DNA of 64,000 bases from Flavobacteriales bacterium (GCA_041749915.1 JBGTAJ010000195.1:16844-80843), one strand, 5' to 3'. Positions 1 through 12,451 are shown, numbered from the stretch's first letter. Made by a program: numbers and translations. Notes: generated by a model from the sequence alone, not told the origin.

Positions 1-918
1 ACCGTCACCGCGCTGCTGGTGCAGGAGGGCGATACCGTGAAGGCCGGCCAGGCCCTGCTGAGCATCGACGACCGCAGCAGCGCCCTGGGCACCCGCAATG
101 CCGAGGCCCAGCTACGCCTGTTGGAGCAGAACGCCCGCGACTCCGGCCCCGTGCTGTCGCAGCTGCGCGAGGCCGTGGTGCAGGCCCGGGACAGGTACTT
201 GGTGGACAGCCTGAACTACGCGCGCCAGCAGGCCTTGTGGGCCCAGCAGATCGGCAGCCGCAACGAGCTGGACCAACGGGAGCTGGCCTACAGCACCAGC
301 AAGGCCGCCTACAACCGCGCCATGGAGGCCTTGGTGGAGACCCGCCAGCGCCTGCGCACCGAGCTGGACGTGGCCCGCAACAACGCTGCCATCAGCACCG
401 CGGGCAATGATGATCGCACGCCCCGCTCCCTGATCGATGGCATCGTCTACGACCTGCTCATCGAGCCCGGCGAGCTGGCCACCACCCAGCAGGCCCTGGC
501 CATCATCGGCAGTGCCACCGACCTCTATCTGGAGCTGGAGGTGGACGAGTACGACATCCGCCAGGTCAAGCCTGGCCAGCAGGCCTTCATCACCCTGGAC
601 AGCTACGCCGGACAGGCCTTCGCGGCGGAGGTCACCCGCATCATCCCCTTGATGGACGAACGTTCGCGCACCTTCAAGGTGGAGGCGCGCTTCACCGACC
701 GGCCGCCCACGCTTTTCCCCAACCTCACCGCCGAGGCCAGCATCGTGCTGCGCACCAAGGAGAAGGCCCTCACCATCCCCGCCGGCTACCTGCTGGAGGG
801 CGACCAGGTACTCACCGGCCCCGAAGAGCGCACCCCCGTCACCCTCGGTGCCCGCGACCTGGAAAAGGTGGAGGTCCTGACCGGCATCGACGCCACCACC
901 ACCCTTTACAAGCCGTAA
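1..918 (+). CDS. Efflux transporter periplasmic adaptor subunit (HlyD/MacA membrane-fusion family). It is 5'-truncated at the window edge; the reading frame is open from position 1.
   Basis: The translation has the coiled-coil and beta-barrel character of membrane-fusion proteins. An FtsX permease and an ABC ATPase follow immediately downstream, giving a MacAB/Lol-like arrangement. Confidence 0.7.
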   Translation, partial: TVTALLVQEGDTVKAGQALLSIDDRSSALGTRNAEAQLRLLEQNARDSGPVLSQLREAVVQARDRYLVDSLNYARQQALWAQQIGSRNELDQRELAYSTSKAAYNRAMEALVETRQRLRTELDVARNNAAISTAGNDDRTPRSLIDGIVYDLLIEPGELATTQQALAIIGSATDLYLELEVDEYDIRQVKPGQQAFITLDSYAGQAFAAEVTRIIPLMDERSRTFKVEARFTDRPPTLFPNLTAEASIVLRTKEKALTIPAGYLLEGDQVLTGPEERTPVTLGARDLEKVEVLTGIDATTTLYKP

Positions 919-1086
919 CGTGATGGTTGCCTGGCACGTCCACATCCTCACGCATTCTTCTTTCCCCATTCGCAGCCCGCTGCGCACTCCGCACGGCATT
1001 CCATCTGTGTCATCGTCCCCATCTGTGGAGAACCTTCTTCCCGTGCCCCTGCAATTGCGCCTTTGCGCCTCTGCGGCCTCACCCCG

Positions 1087-2358
1087 ATGAACCTCCTTCT
1101 CTCCATCGCCCTCACCCTGCTCCGCGCCAAGCTGAAGCAGAGCATCGTGGCGGCCGTGGGGGTCATGTTCAGCATCACCATGTTCGTCACCCTGCTCGGG
1201 TTCATGAACGGACTGAACACCCTGCTCGATGGACTGGTCCTGAACCGCACCCCGCACGTCCGGCTCTACAACGAGCTGCAGGCCTCGCCCACACAACCCA
1301 TCGAGCATGCCTGGGCACAGCACACGGCGGCCGGTGCCGATAGTGCGCACCACTTCATCCGCTCCGTGAAACCCAAGGATGAACTGCCGCGCCTGCGCAA
1401 TGCCGAGGCCGTCATGCAGGCCCTGGAGAACGATCCGCGCGTGCTAAGTGTCTCGCCCCGCCTGGTGGCCCAGGTCTTCTTCAACGTGGGCACGGTGGAC
1501 CTCAACGGACAGGTCAACGGCATCGATGTGATGGACGAGATCCGCTACTACCAGTTCGCCGACTACCTGGTGCAGGGCGACCCGCACGACCTGGCCACGG
1601 GCAACAACACAATCGTGCTGGGCAAGGGCCTGGCGGACATGATGGAGACCGGCATCGGGGACATGGTGCAGGTCACCACCGCCACCGGCGAGCGCACCAT
1701 GCTGCGCGTCTCGGGCATCTTCCAGAGCGGCATCGCGGACTATGACAAGGTGCAGTGCTACGCCAACATCAAGACCGTGCAGAAGCTGCTCACACGCCCG
1801 GGCAGCTACTACACGGACATCAACGTGAAGCTGAAGGACCTGCTGCTGGCCCCCGCCATGGCGCGCGAGCTCAGCGCACGCTTCGGCGTGGATGCCGTGG
1901 ACATCCAGACTGCCAACGCGCAGTTCGAGACCGGCAGCGACGTGCGCAACATCATCAGCTACGCCGTGGGCGTGGTGCTGCTCATCGTGGCCGGTTTCGG
2001 CATCTACAACATCCTGAACATGATGATCTACGAGAAGCTCGATGCCATCGCGATCCTGAAGGCCACGGGTTTCAGCGGCAGCGACGTGCGCCGCATCTTC
2101 CTCCTGCTCAGCATGGTCATCGGCCTGGTGGGCGGCGTCTCCGGCCTGCTCTTCGGCTTCCTGATGCAGAACGTGGTGGACAGCATCCCCTTCATCACCG
2201 CCGCCCTGCCCACCATCACCACCTTCCCGGTGGACTACAACCCCAAGTACTACATCATCGCCGTAACCTTCGCCCTGCTCACCACCTGGATCGCCGGGTG
2301 GTTCCCCGCCAGCAAGGCCAGCCAGGTGGATCCGGTGGAGATCATCCGTGGGAAATGA
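1087..2358 (+). CDS. ABC transporter permease, FtsX-like (MacB/LolCE family).
   Basis: An N-terminal transmembrane helix, a large periplasmic domain and a C-terminal FtsX 4-helix region. The first ATG in the TTG-initiated ORF is at 1087. The gene overlaps the downstream ATPase gene by 4 nt. Confidence 0.8.
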   Translation: MNLLLSIALTLLRAKLKQSIVAAVGVMFSITMFVTLLGFMNGLNTLLDGLVLNRTPHVRLYNELQASPTQPIEHAWAQHTAAGADSAHHFIRSVKPKDELPRLRNAEAVMQALENDPRVLSVSPRLVAQVFFNVGTVDLNGQVNGIDVMDEIRYYQFADYLVQGDPHDLATGNNTIVLGKGLADMMETGIGDMVQVTTATGERTMLRVSGIFQSGIADYDKVQCYANIKTVQKLLTRPGSYYTDINVKLKDLLLAPAMARELSARFGVDAVDIQTANAQFETGSDVRNIISYAVGVVLLIVAGFGIYNILNMMIYEKLDAIAILKATGFSGSDVRRIFLLLSMVIGLVGGVSGLLFGFLMQNVVDSIPFITAALPTITTFPVDYNPKYYIIAVTFALLTTWIAGWFPASKASQVDPVEIIRGK

Positions 2359-3101
2359 GCAGCACCGGTCCCATCCCCCCAACTACCTCCGCCGGGTCTC
2401 CCGCAGGGAAGCTTGCGGCCCCCAGAGGCAGCAATATCCTCGAAGTACGCAACGTCAGCAAGTCCTTCCACGACCCCGTCACCGTGAAGGTGCTCAAGGA
2501 GGTGTCGCTGGATGTGCGGCGCGGCGAGTTCGTGAGCATCACCGGCAAGAGCGGATGCGGCAAAAGCACCCTGCTCTACATCCTCAGCACCATGGACACC
2601 GACTATGAGGGGCAGGTGGCCATCGATGGCGAGCCTACGCGCGGCCTTTCCGGTGACCGCCTGGCCCGCATCCGCAGTGAGAAGATCGGCTTCGTCTTCC
2701 AGTTCCACTACCTGCTGCCCGAGTTCAGCGTGCTGCACAACGTGATGCTGCCCGGCCTCAAACTGGGCAAGCACGGCCGGGCCGAGGTGGAGCACCGCGC
2801 CATGGAACGCCTGCGCCAGTTCGATATGCATGACCATGCCCTGAAGAGCGCGAACCAGCTCAGCGGTGGCCAGAAACAGCGTGTCGCCATCGCCCGGGCC
2901 CTCATCAACGACCCCCTCATCATCATGGGCGACGAGCCCACCGGCAACCTGGACAGCCGCAACGGCGCCATCGTCTTCGACATCTTCAAGCAGATCAGCG
3001 CCCAGCATGAGCAGAGCCTGCTGGTAGTGACGCATGACCAGGACTTTGCCGACCGCACGGACCGCATCATCGTCATGGACGATGGCCGCGTGGTGGGCTG
3101 A
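2355..3101 (+). CDS. ABC transporter ATP-binding protein (LolD/MacB-type ATPase).
   Basis: Walker A motif GKSGCGKST, the ABC signature LSGGQKQRVAIARAL, and Walker B/D-loop IIMGDEPTGNLD. The ATG at 2355 lies in the frame of ORF 1755..3101. Confidence 0.9.
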   Translation: MSSTGPIPPTTSAGSPAGKLAAPRGSNILEVRNVSKSFHDPVTVKVLKEVSLDVRRGEFVSITGKSGCGKSTLLYILSTMDTDYEGQVAIDGEPTRGLSGDRLARIRSEKIGFVFQFHYLLPEFSVLHNVMLPGLKLGKHGRAEVEHRAMERLRQFDMHDHALKSANQLSGGQKQRVAIARALINDPLIIMGDEPTGNLDSRNGAIVFDIFKQISAQHEQSLLVVTHDQDFADRTDRIIVMDDGRVVG

Positions 3102-3191
3102 GGGGAATCGGCACAACGCGAAGAAGGGGCCACTCCGTTGGGAGGTGACCCCTTCCTTGCTCGTCCGCTGGACGGCTTTCGTAAACCTTTG

Positions 3192-3455
3192 TCAGGCCGA
3201 TCGGCGGTGCAGTGCTTCCGGTTCTCCTGGAAGCATCTTCGCGGTGCTGTTATGGGGTGGTGTCGCTCCACCTTCGTGGGGTGGTGTCGCTGCCGGATCG
3301 ACCACCATCCGAAGAACCCGCGTTGTGCGTCGCTTGGTGACGCTCACCTTTCCCGGCAGCACGTCCCGCAGAAGGTCCATGGCGGTGAGGCTTCCCAAGC
3401 TCAGGGCGATCAGTACGACGAGGATGATCATGTAGTCCAGAAGCAGCGCTACCAT
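3192..3455 (-). CDS. Possible small membrane protein with a tandemly duplicated C-terminal segment.
   Basis: The N-terminus is hydrophobic (MIILVVLIALSLGSL). The C-terminus reads ATPPHEGG / ATPPHNST and is encoded by a 15-nt direct repeat at 3253-3267 and 3277-3291. It lies co-directionally downstream of the coiled-coil gene. It may instead be a spurious GC-rich ORF. Confidence 0.2.
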   Translation of the reverse strand: MVALLLDYMIILVVLIALSLGSLTAMDLLRDVLPGKVSVTKRRTTRVLRMVVDPAATPPHEGGATPPHNSTAKMLPGEPEALHRRSA

Positions 3456-3540
3456 GGTCTGTGGGTTGATAGGCCGGTGCCGGGAACAGGGGGTGGTGCG
3501 GGACCGTTCCCCCCATTCCCGGCCTACCGGTATGCAATGA

Positions 3541-4428
3541 TCAACGGAGGTTGAGCAGGACCGTGTTCAGGTAGGTGTCCCCGGAGGAGATGTCGATGCG
3601 GTAGGTGCCCGGCGCCAGCTTGCTCTTGGGCGTGAACTTGAGGTTCACGCGGGATGCGCGGGCACCCGGAGGCATGGGCGCGATCAGGTCCAGGCTGGCC
3701 AGGGCCTCGGGTTCCATCGCATCCAGGGTCATGCTGATGCTCGGGTCGTTGCCGGTGAAGCTCTGTCCGGTGGGGGTGATGATCTTGAAACTCGCCTTGG
3801 CCGCCAGATGTTCGGGCAGGTCGAAAGCCATGCGCAGTTCGCTGGCGCGGCGGGCCTTCACGGTGAGTTTGGCCTTTCGTCCCTGGGTGGCGTCCACCAC
3901 GGCATTGTTCACCATCTGAGCGCCGGCCTGTTGGTGTTCGATGCGAGCCATCAAGGCATCACGCTCGGCACCAAGCGCATCCAGCTGGGCGCGCAGTTCC
4001 TGTTCACTGAGCTGTTGCCTGCCGGCACGCGCTTCCAATGCGGTGTATTGGGCTTTCTGTTCGGCCAGTTCCTTGCGTATGCGATCGTATCCATGGGCCT
4101 TGCCCTCCAGGTTTCGGTTGCGGTCCCGGGCCTCCTGCACGCGGCGCTCCAGTTCGGCGATGCGTGCTTCGGAACCCTGGAAGGCATCCTTTTCCCGGGT
4201 CAGGTCGGCGCCGATCTCCACCACGCGTTTCTCCAGCTGCAGCTTTTCGCCCAGTAAACGTTCCTGGTTCAGCTTGCCCGTATCCTCCCCCTTGCGGAGG
4301 CCAGCGCTTTCGTTCAGGAGATAGCCGGTGGTCGCTATGGCTCCAGCGGTCAATACGGCCAGTGTGATCACTGCGACCCGCATGCGGGCCGTGCTCTTAT
4401 TCTCGTTGCTGTTGTTCATGGCTCCCAT
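3541..4428 (-). CDS. Hypothetical membrane-anchored coiled-coil protein.
   Basis: An N-terminal transmembrane helix (VAVITLAVLTAGAIATTGYLL) is followed by about 130 aa of heptad-like, E/R/Q/L-rich sequence and a C-terminal beta-rich domain. I recognise no family. Candidate starts are at 4428 or 4419; the ORF extends to 4461. Confidence 0.5.
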   Translation of the reverse strand: MGAMNNSNENKSTARMRVAVITLAVLTAGAIATTGYLLNESAGLRKGEDTGKLNQERLLGEKLQLEKRVVEIGADLTREKDAFQGSEARIAELERRVQEARDRNRNLEGKAHGYDRIRKELAEQKAQYTALEARAGRQQLSEQELRAQLDALGAERDALMARIEHQQAGAQMVNNAVVDATQGRKAKLTVKARRASELRMAFDLPEHLAAKASFKIITPTGQSFTGNDPSISMTLDAMEPEALASLDLIAPMPPGARASRVNLKFTPKSKLAPGTYRIDISSGDTYLNTVLLNLR

Positions 4429-4508
4429 TGTTGTTGGTGTTCGATGCAAAGCACCGACCACCGCCTGAAGCCTCCTGGTAAAGCGGGTGAAAAGTGCGTG
4501 AAAGTGGA

Positions 4509-5876
4509 TCAGCCCGCTTTGGGCAGCCTCACCGTGAAGCGTGTGCCTTCACCCGACACGGAACGGACCTTGATGCCGCCGTCATGGAGCTGGGCGATGC
4601 GCAGCGCCAGTGACAGCCCGATGCCATGGCCCTTGGCGCCCGAGGTGTTGGTGGCCCTGTAGAAGGGCTCGAAGATGCGCCCCAGATCATGTTCGGAGAT
4701 GCCCGGACCGTGGTCGCTGACGGCGATGCGCACCACCGGCCCCGAACCTTTCAGCGCCACGTGCGCCGTGTGGTCGGGGGCATACTTGCAGGCGTTTTCG
4801 ATCAGGTTGAAGATCAATGAACGAAGGAGCATCTCGTTCCCGTTCACCATCAGGTCAGCCTCATCCTCCACCTCCTCGATGCTGACCAGGCAGGCATGGC
4901 CCGGCTCGGCCTTCAACAGTTCCGCACGGGCGCTCCACACCACCTCGTCCATGCGCACCGGTGCGAAGGTGGACACGGTGCCTTGTGTTTCCGCCTGGGC
5001 CAGCAGCAGCAAGCGGTCGGCTAACCTGTTCAGGGTGTGCATATCCTCCAGCACGGACACCAGCACGGTATGGTACTCTTCACCGGAGCGATCGCGCAGC
5101 AGCAACACATCGATCTGGCCACTGATGGTGGTCAGTGGCGTGCGCATTTCATGCGAGGCATTGGCGATGAAGTTCTTCTGGGCCTGGAAGGCTTCCTGCA
5201 AGCGGCAGAGGAGCTCGTTGAAGGAACTGGCCAGTTGCGCCAGTTCGTCGCGGTCGTTGTCCACCTGCACGCGGCGTGAGAGGTCGGCGGCACCGATGCT
5301 TTGCAATTCGGCCACCAGGCGTTTCACGGGCGAGAGGGCGCGTTGTGCATAAAAGCGTGCCACCAGGAAGGTGAGCAGGATGCCGGTGAGGAAGGTGAAG
5401 AACAACACCTGGCCCAGGTTCCGCAGCTTGCTGCGACCGAAGATGTCCCTGCCCGTGACGATCACCACAAAGCGATCGTACTGATCGTTGAAGGTGAAGG
5501 CCAGTTCCTCCTGCAGCCCATGTACAGAGGATACCTCGTCCTCCAACCGCACCCTGTCCAGCAGCGCGTGGGGTGTGCGGGGTGGTTCCACCCCGCCCAG
5601 GTGGAAGATCAGGCTGTCATGATGGTCATAGATGCGGATCGTTTCCTCCGGCAGGCGCACCGTGCTGTTGCGTTCGATCTTCAGCAGCAGGGCCTCATCC
5701 ACCTCCTCCACCTGGATCAGGAGCTTGGCTGCATTGGTGCCGCGGTCGCGCATGCGGTCCTGGAACTCGCCGGCGCGGTAGGCCGAAGAAAGCAGGTAGA
5801 TCACTACGAAGGCCGTACCCATGATCAGCGAGGCCAGCGCCAGGAATTGCACGGCCAGCCGTGTGCGGATCGTCAT
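4509..5876 (-). CDS. Two-component sensor histidine kinase.
   Basis: Two transmembrane segments flank a roughly 130-aa periplasmic region. A HAMP-like linker is followed by the H-box NASHEMRTPLTTI and an HATPase_c domain (DHGPGI...GHGIGL). Confidence 0.85.
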   Translation of the reverse strand: MTIRTRLAVQFLALASLIMGTAFVVIYLLSSAYRAGEFQDRMRDRGTNAAKLLIQVEEVDEALLLKIERNSTVRLPEETIRIYDHHDSLIFHLGGVEPPRTPHALLDRVRLEDEVSSVHGLQEELAFTFNDQYDRFVVIVTGRDIFGRSKLRNLGQVLFFTFLTGILLTFLVARFYAQRALSPVKRLVAELQSIGAADLSRRVQVDNDRDELAQLASSFNELLCRLQEAFQAQKNFIANASHEMRTPLTTISGQIDVLLLRDRSGEEYHTVLVSVLEDMHTLNRLADRLLLLAQAETQGTVSTFAPVRMDEVVWSARAELLKAEPGHACLVSIEEVEDEADLMVNGNEMLLRSLIFNLIENACKYAPDHTAHVALKGSGPVVRIAVSDHGPGISEHDLGRIFEPFYRATNTSGAKGHGIGLSLALRIAQLHDGGIKVRSVSGEGTRFTVRLPKAG

Positions 5877-6553
5877 CCCTGCTCGGTAAGGATGTAGCCC
5901 AGGCCCACACGCGTGTGGATCAGCTTCGGCTCGAAATCACGGTCCACTTTCTTGCGCAACAACTTCACGTACGCCTCCACCACATTGGTGCCGGTATCGA
6001 AGTTTAGGTCCCACACCTTCTCGCTGATCTGAGCGCGGGATAGCACGCGGTCGGCATTGCGCATCAGGTATTCCAGCAATGCGAATTCTTTGGCGGTAAG
6101 GGGTATGTGTTTCCCTTCGCGAACGGCTTCTTTTTTGGCCAGGTCCAATTCCAATCCGCCATAGGCCAGTCGTTCGGCCTCGGTGCGCACCAACGACCCG
6201 CGCCGTGTGAGAGAGCGTGCACGGGCAAGCAGTTCCTGGAACTCGAACGGCTTCACCAGGTAATCATCGGCACCGGCGTCCAGGCCGTTCACCTTATCGT
6301 CCGTGGTGCCCAGGGCCGTCAGCAACAGGATGGGCATTTTGCCGCCTGCGGCACGGATGGCGCGGCACACCTCCACACCCCCCAAGCCGGGGATCACCAC
6401 GTCCAGGATCACCAGATCCAACGGCTCCTGCAGGGCCAGTCGTTTGCCGGTGAGGCCATCATACGCGCTGAGCACGTCATGACCACTTTCCTCAAGGCCC
6501 TGCTTCAGGAAGGCAGCCACCTTGGGTTCGTCCTCCACGACGAGTATTCTCAT
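5873..6553 (-). CDS. OmpR-family response regulator (receiver domain plus winged-helix DNA-binding domain).
   Basis: The MRILVVEDEP receiver motif with conserved D and K, and a C-terminal trans_reg_C wing. It overlaps the kinase start by 4 nt. The ORF runs to 6691, but the start at 6553 gives the canonical N-terminus. Confidence 0.9.
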   Translation of the reverse strand: MRILVVEDEPKVAAFLKQGLEESGHDVLSAYDGLTGKRLALQEPLDLVILDVVIPGLGGVEVCRAIRAAGGKMPILLLTALGTTDDKVNGLDAGADDYLVKPFEFQELLARARSLTRRGSLVRTEAERLAYGGLELDLAKKEAVREGKHIPLTAKEFALLEYLMRNADRVLSRAQISEKVWDLNFDTGTNVVEAYVKLLRKKVDRDFEPKLIHTRVGLGYILTEQG

Positions 6554-7256
6554 GGAACAAAGGTCTGCATCAGGGTCTTGGCGGCGAGCCGGCGGCCACA
6601 TGGGGCCGCCGGCCGCCTTTGCGAAGATCGAAGGCCTGGTATCTGGCCTTCTTGACGAAGTTGCGGAGAAGGGCGCTGAACCCCCATCCACTTGGACCTA
6701 CCCGTGAAGGACGACACTCCCGTGTTGCGTTGTTGCGAGCCCTTCATCATTTCCATCCAAGTGGACCTTACACCACCCATTCCTCGGGTCCACGTTCCTT
6801 ACCGCGTTACAAAGCACCGGCACCGTGCTGAAAAGACACGGTGAATGGGATGAAAAAGGTGTGAAATCAAGGGGTGTGGCGCCCCATCCGAACGCGAAGA
6901 AGCCCCGTCCCCGGGGCTTCTTCCATTGCTCGTCCGCGGTCCGGATGCCATCTTCACCGGCCCCGCACTCGCTGCGGCGGCATGGCCCTCCCGGGCCTGC
7001 ACAAGGTGTCGATCGCAAAGGCCTCCTGCTCGAAGGCCCCCTTCCTTTCGTCAGCGGACGTCGGGTCTCTTGGTCTTCAGGCGAAGGTCGCTCGCCCATG
7101 TCAACAGAACGTTCGGCCCGCGTGAAGCGTTCCCCCCTGTCAGCGCGCGTTATCCACCGCTTATCCACAGCCCCCAGCACCGATCTTTGTACCACCCATC
7201 CGCAACCCGCGCAGACCCCACCAACATGCCGGTCCGCAAAGACCTAGCGGTCCGGC

Positions 7257-7292
7257 CATGTGCACATGCCCACATGTGCACATGAGCACATG
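7257..7292. repeat. Tandem array of four CACATG hexamers at 8-bp periodicity. Two copies of the perfect 12-bp palindrome CATGTGCACATG are embedded in it. The array sits 30 bp upstream of the aldo/keto reductase start.
   Basis: Read directly from the sequence. CACATG occurs at 7263, 7271, 7279 and 7287. The palindrome occurs at 7257-7268 and 7273-7284. Confidence 0.7.
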
Positions 7293-7320
7293 CCTACCAC
7301 AATTCTCAACTCCCAGACAA

Positions 7321-8307
7321 ATGCGTTATCGTCGCCTCGGCACCTCCGGCCTCCAGGTCTCTGAACTCTCCCTCGGTTCATGGCTCACCTTCGGCAAACA
7401 GATCGGTGATCCCATTGCCGAGAAGCTGATGAAGACCGCTTATGACAACGGGATCAACTTCTTCGACAATGCCGAGATCTATGCCCGCGGCGAGAGCGAG
7501 CGCGTCATGGGCAAGGTCCTCAAGAAGATGAAGTGGCCGCGCGACACCTGGACGGTGAGCAGCAAGGTCTTCTTCGGCACCGGCGGCAAACTGCCCACCC
7601 AGGTGGGCCTGCACCGCAAGCACGTGGTGGAAGCCTGCAACGAAGCGTTGAAGCGCCTGCAGGTGGATTACCTCGATCTCTACTTCTGCCACCGGCCGGA
7701 CAAGAACACACCGATCGAAGAGACGGTGTGGACCATGCACCAGCTCATCATGCAGGGCAAGGTGCTCTACTGGGGAACCAGCGAGTGGAGCGCGCAGGAG
7801 ATCATGGAGGCGCACATGGTCGCCCGGCAGCACCACCTCATCGGCCCGGTGATGGAGCAGCCCCAGTACAACATGTTCCACCGTGCGAAGGTGGAGGTGG
7901 AGTTCGGCCAGGTTTACAGCACCGTGGGCCTGGGCACCACCGTGTGGAGCCCCCTGGCCAGCGGCATCCTCAGCGGCAAGCACCGCGATACCAAGGCCAA
8001 CAAAGGCACCCGCCTCACCATGGAGGGGCTGGACTGGCTGCGCGAACGCGAGCTCACCGAAGCCCGCCTCAAGAAGGTGGACAAGCTCAAGACCATCGCC
8101 GAAAGCCTCGACCTCTCCCTGCCCGTCATGGCCCTGGCCTGGTGCCTTAAGAACCCCCACGTCAGCACCGTCATACTCGGCGCCAGCAAAGAGGCCCAGC
8201 TCAAGGAGAACCTCGGCGCCGTGGAGGCCCAGGACAAGCTTTCCCCCGCCGTACTGGCCAAGATCGAGAAGGTGCTGGACAATGCTCCGGAACGGCCACA
8301 GTTCTAA
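7321..8307 (+). CDS. Aldo/keto reductase family oxidoreductase (Kv-beta / Tas-like subfamily).
   Basis: It begins MRYRRLGTSGLQVSELSLGSWLTFG and has the AKR catalytic tetrad context (D..Y..K..H), with a length typical of the family. Confidence 0.9.
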   Translation: MRYRRLGTSGLQVSELSLGSWLTFGKQIGDPIAEKLMKTAYDNGINFFDNAEIYARGESERVMGKVLKKMKWPRDTWTVSSKVFFGTGGKLPTQVGLHRKHVVEACNEALKRLQVDYLDLYFCHRPDKNTPIEETVWTMHQLIMQGKVLYWGTSEWSAQEIMEAHMVARQHHLIGPVMEQPQYNMFHRAKVEVEFGQVYSTVGLGTTVWSPLASGILSGKHRDTKANKGTRLTMEGLDWLRERELTEARLKKVDKLKTIAESLDLSLPVMALAWCLKNPHVSTVILGASKEAQLKENLGAVEAQDKLSPAVLAKIEKVLDNAPERPQF

Positions 8308-8505
8308 TTCCATATTGGCGTTAGGCTGCTTTTGATCGGTCGGGGCCTCGGCTATGGCCGTTTAGCCACATCGTCCTGCCTTCCGTACACAATGACCTCT
8401 AGCGACCGCCTATCGTAGAGAAGGCCGTTCCCTCGGCCTTGGGACGAACCGGTGACCATGCCGCACAGTACGCGGGACGTCCTAGCCAGCCCCCTATGAA
8501 ATGAA

Positions 8506-8532
8506 GAAGGCCACCCAATGGAGGTGGCCTTC
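8506..8532. terminator. Hairpin in the convergent intergenic region, lying 22 nt 3' of the secA stop on the minus strand. It may terminate transcription in both directions.
   Basis: A 10-bp stem GAAGGCCACC/GGTGGCCTTC around a 7-nt loop. On the minus strand a moderately U-rich run (ttcatttcat) follows. Confidence 0.45.
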
Positions 8533-8553
8533 GGCTGTTCAGGAGATCCGTGC

Positions 8554-11940
<3,387 letters not shown>

Positions 11941-12065
11941 GGTCGGGTGATGTGGGGTGAGGGTCTGTTCGGCGGATCTTCAATGGACCGGATGGGGCTG
12001 GTGGGAACCTGCTCCACGAACTCCGATCCCTGGAGGCTGAAGGTGCGCCGGTCGTTCAGGGGTGG

Positions 12066-12073
12066 CAAAGGTA
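12066..12073 (-). promoter_or_regulatory. Candidate Bacteroidetes sigma-A -7 box (TAccTTTG on the minus strand) about 126 nt upstream of secA.
   Basis: The plus strand reads CAAAGGTA, which matches TAnnTTTG in reverse complement. No -33 TTG was confirmed. Confidence 0.25.
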
Positions 12074-12152
12074 GCGGGTGGGGGGGAAGCATGCATCGGG
12101 CCAGATGGACCATCCTGCCATTGCGGCAGGCCATGGTTCGATACAAAACGAA

Positions 12153-12176
12153 AGCCCCCCGTGGTGGCGGGGGGCT
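12153..12176 (-). terminator. Rho-independent terminator 20 nt downstream of the DUF2795 gene stop.
   Basis: A 9-bp G/C stem AGCCCCCCG/CGGGGGGCT around a 6-nt loop. On the minus strand the U-rich tract ttcgttttgtatc follows. Confidence 0.55.
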
Positions 12177-12195
12177 GGTGTGGAACCGTTGGGGT

Positions 12196-12417
12196 TCAGT
12201 ATTCGTCCTCGTTGAAGAAGAAGTCCTCCTTCGATGGGTAGTCCGGCCAGATGTCCTCGATGGTCTCGAAGACCTCCTCATCGTCCTCGATGGCCTGCAG
12301 GTTCTCCACCACTTCAAGCGGAGCGCCCGTGCGCATGGCAAAATCGATCAGCTCATCCTTGGTGGCGGGCCAAGGCGCATCCTCCAGATAGGAGGCCAGT
12401 TCAAGTGTCCAATACAT
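12196..12417 (-). CDS. DUF2795-family small protein (73 aa).
   Basis: The YLEDAPWPATKDELIDFA...GAP..VVENLQ pattern is recalled as the DUF2795 signature. It has its own terminator and a -7 box. Confidence 0.6.
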   Translation of the reverse strand: MYWTLELASYLEDAPWPATKDELIDFAMRTGAPLEVVENLQAIEDDEEVFETIEDIWPDYPSKEDFFFNEDEY

Positions 12418-12451
12418 CGAAAGGCCGTGTTAGGGTCCGTGAAATTGGCCG

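Noticed and set aside
112-1353. A 413-aa minus-strand ORF antisense to the adaptor gene. Similar long antisense ORFs occur at 16724..19009 (over ccoNO), 47147..48844 (over porU), 14911..16266 (over ccoI) and 52293..54335 (over cdd-pdhA).
   Set aside because: All overlap confidently identified genes and have no family resemblance. They are the expected high-GC open-frame artefact.
3253-3291. A 15-nt direct repeat considered as a possible CRISPR or minisatellite.
   Set aside because: There are only two copies, no cas genes, and the spacer is 9 nt. It is more likely a coding tandem duplication or a small regulatory repeat.
6698-7195. A 165-aa ORF inside the long response-regulator/reductase intergenic region.
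   Set aside because: It is Arg/Pro/Gly-rich with no domain signature, and no ribosome-binding or promoter context was found. The region is treated as non-coding; see the finding on the 767-bp region.
8421-8441. A second hairpin AAGGCCG(ttccctc)CGGCCTT in the reductase/secA convergent gap, considered as the reductase terminator.
   Set aside because: It lies 114 nt past the reductase stop and has no U-tract on either strand. The hairpin at 8506-8532 is the better terminator candidate.
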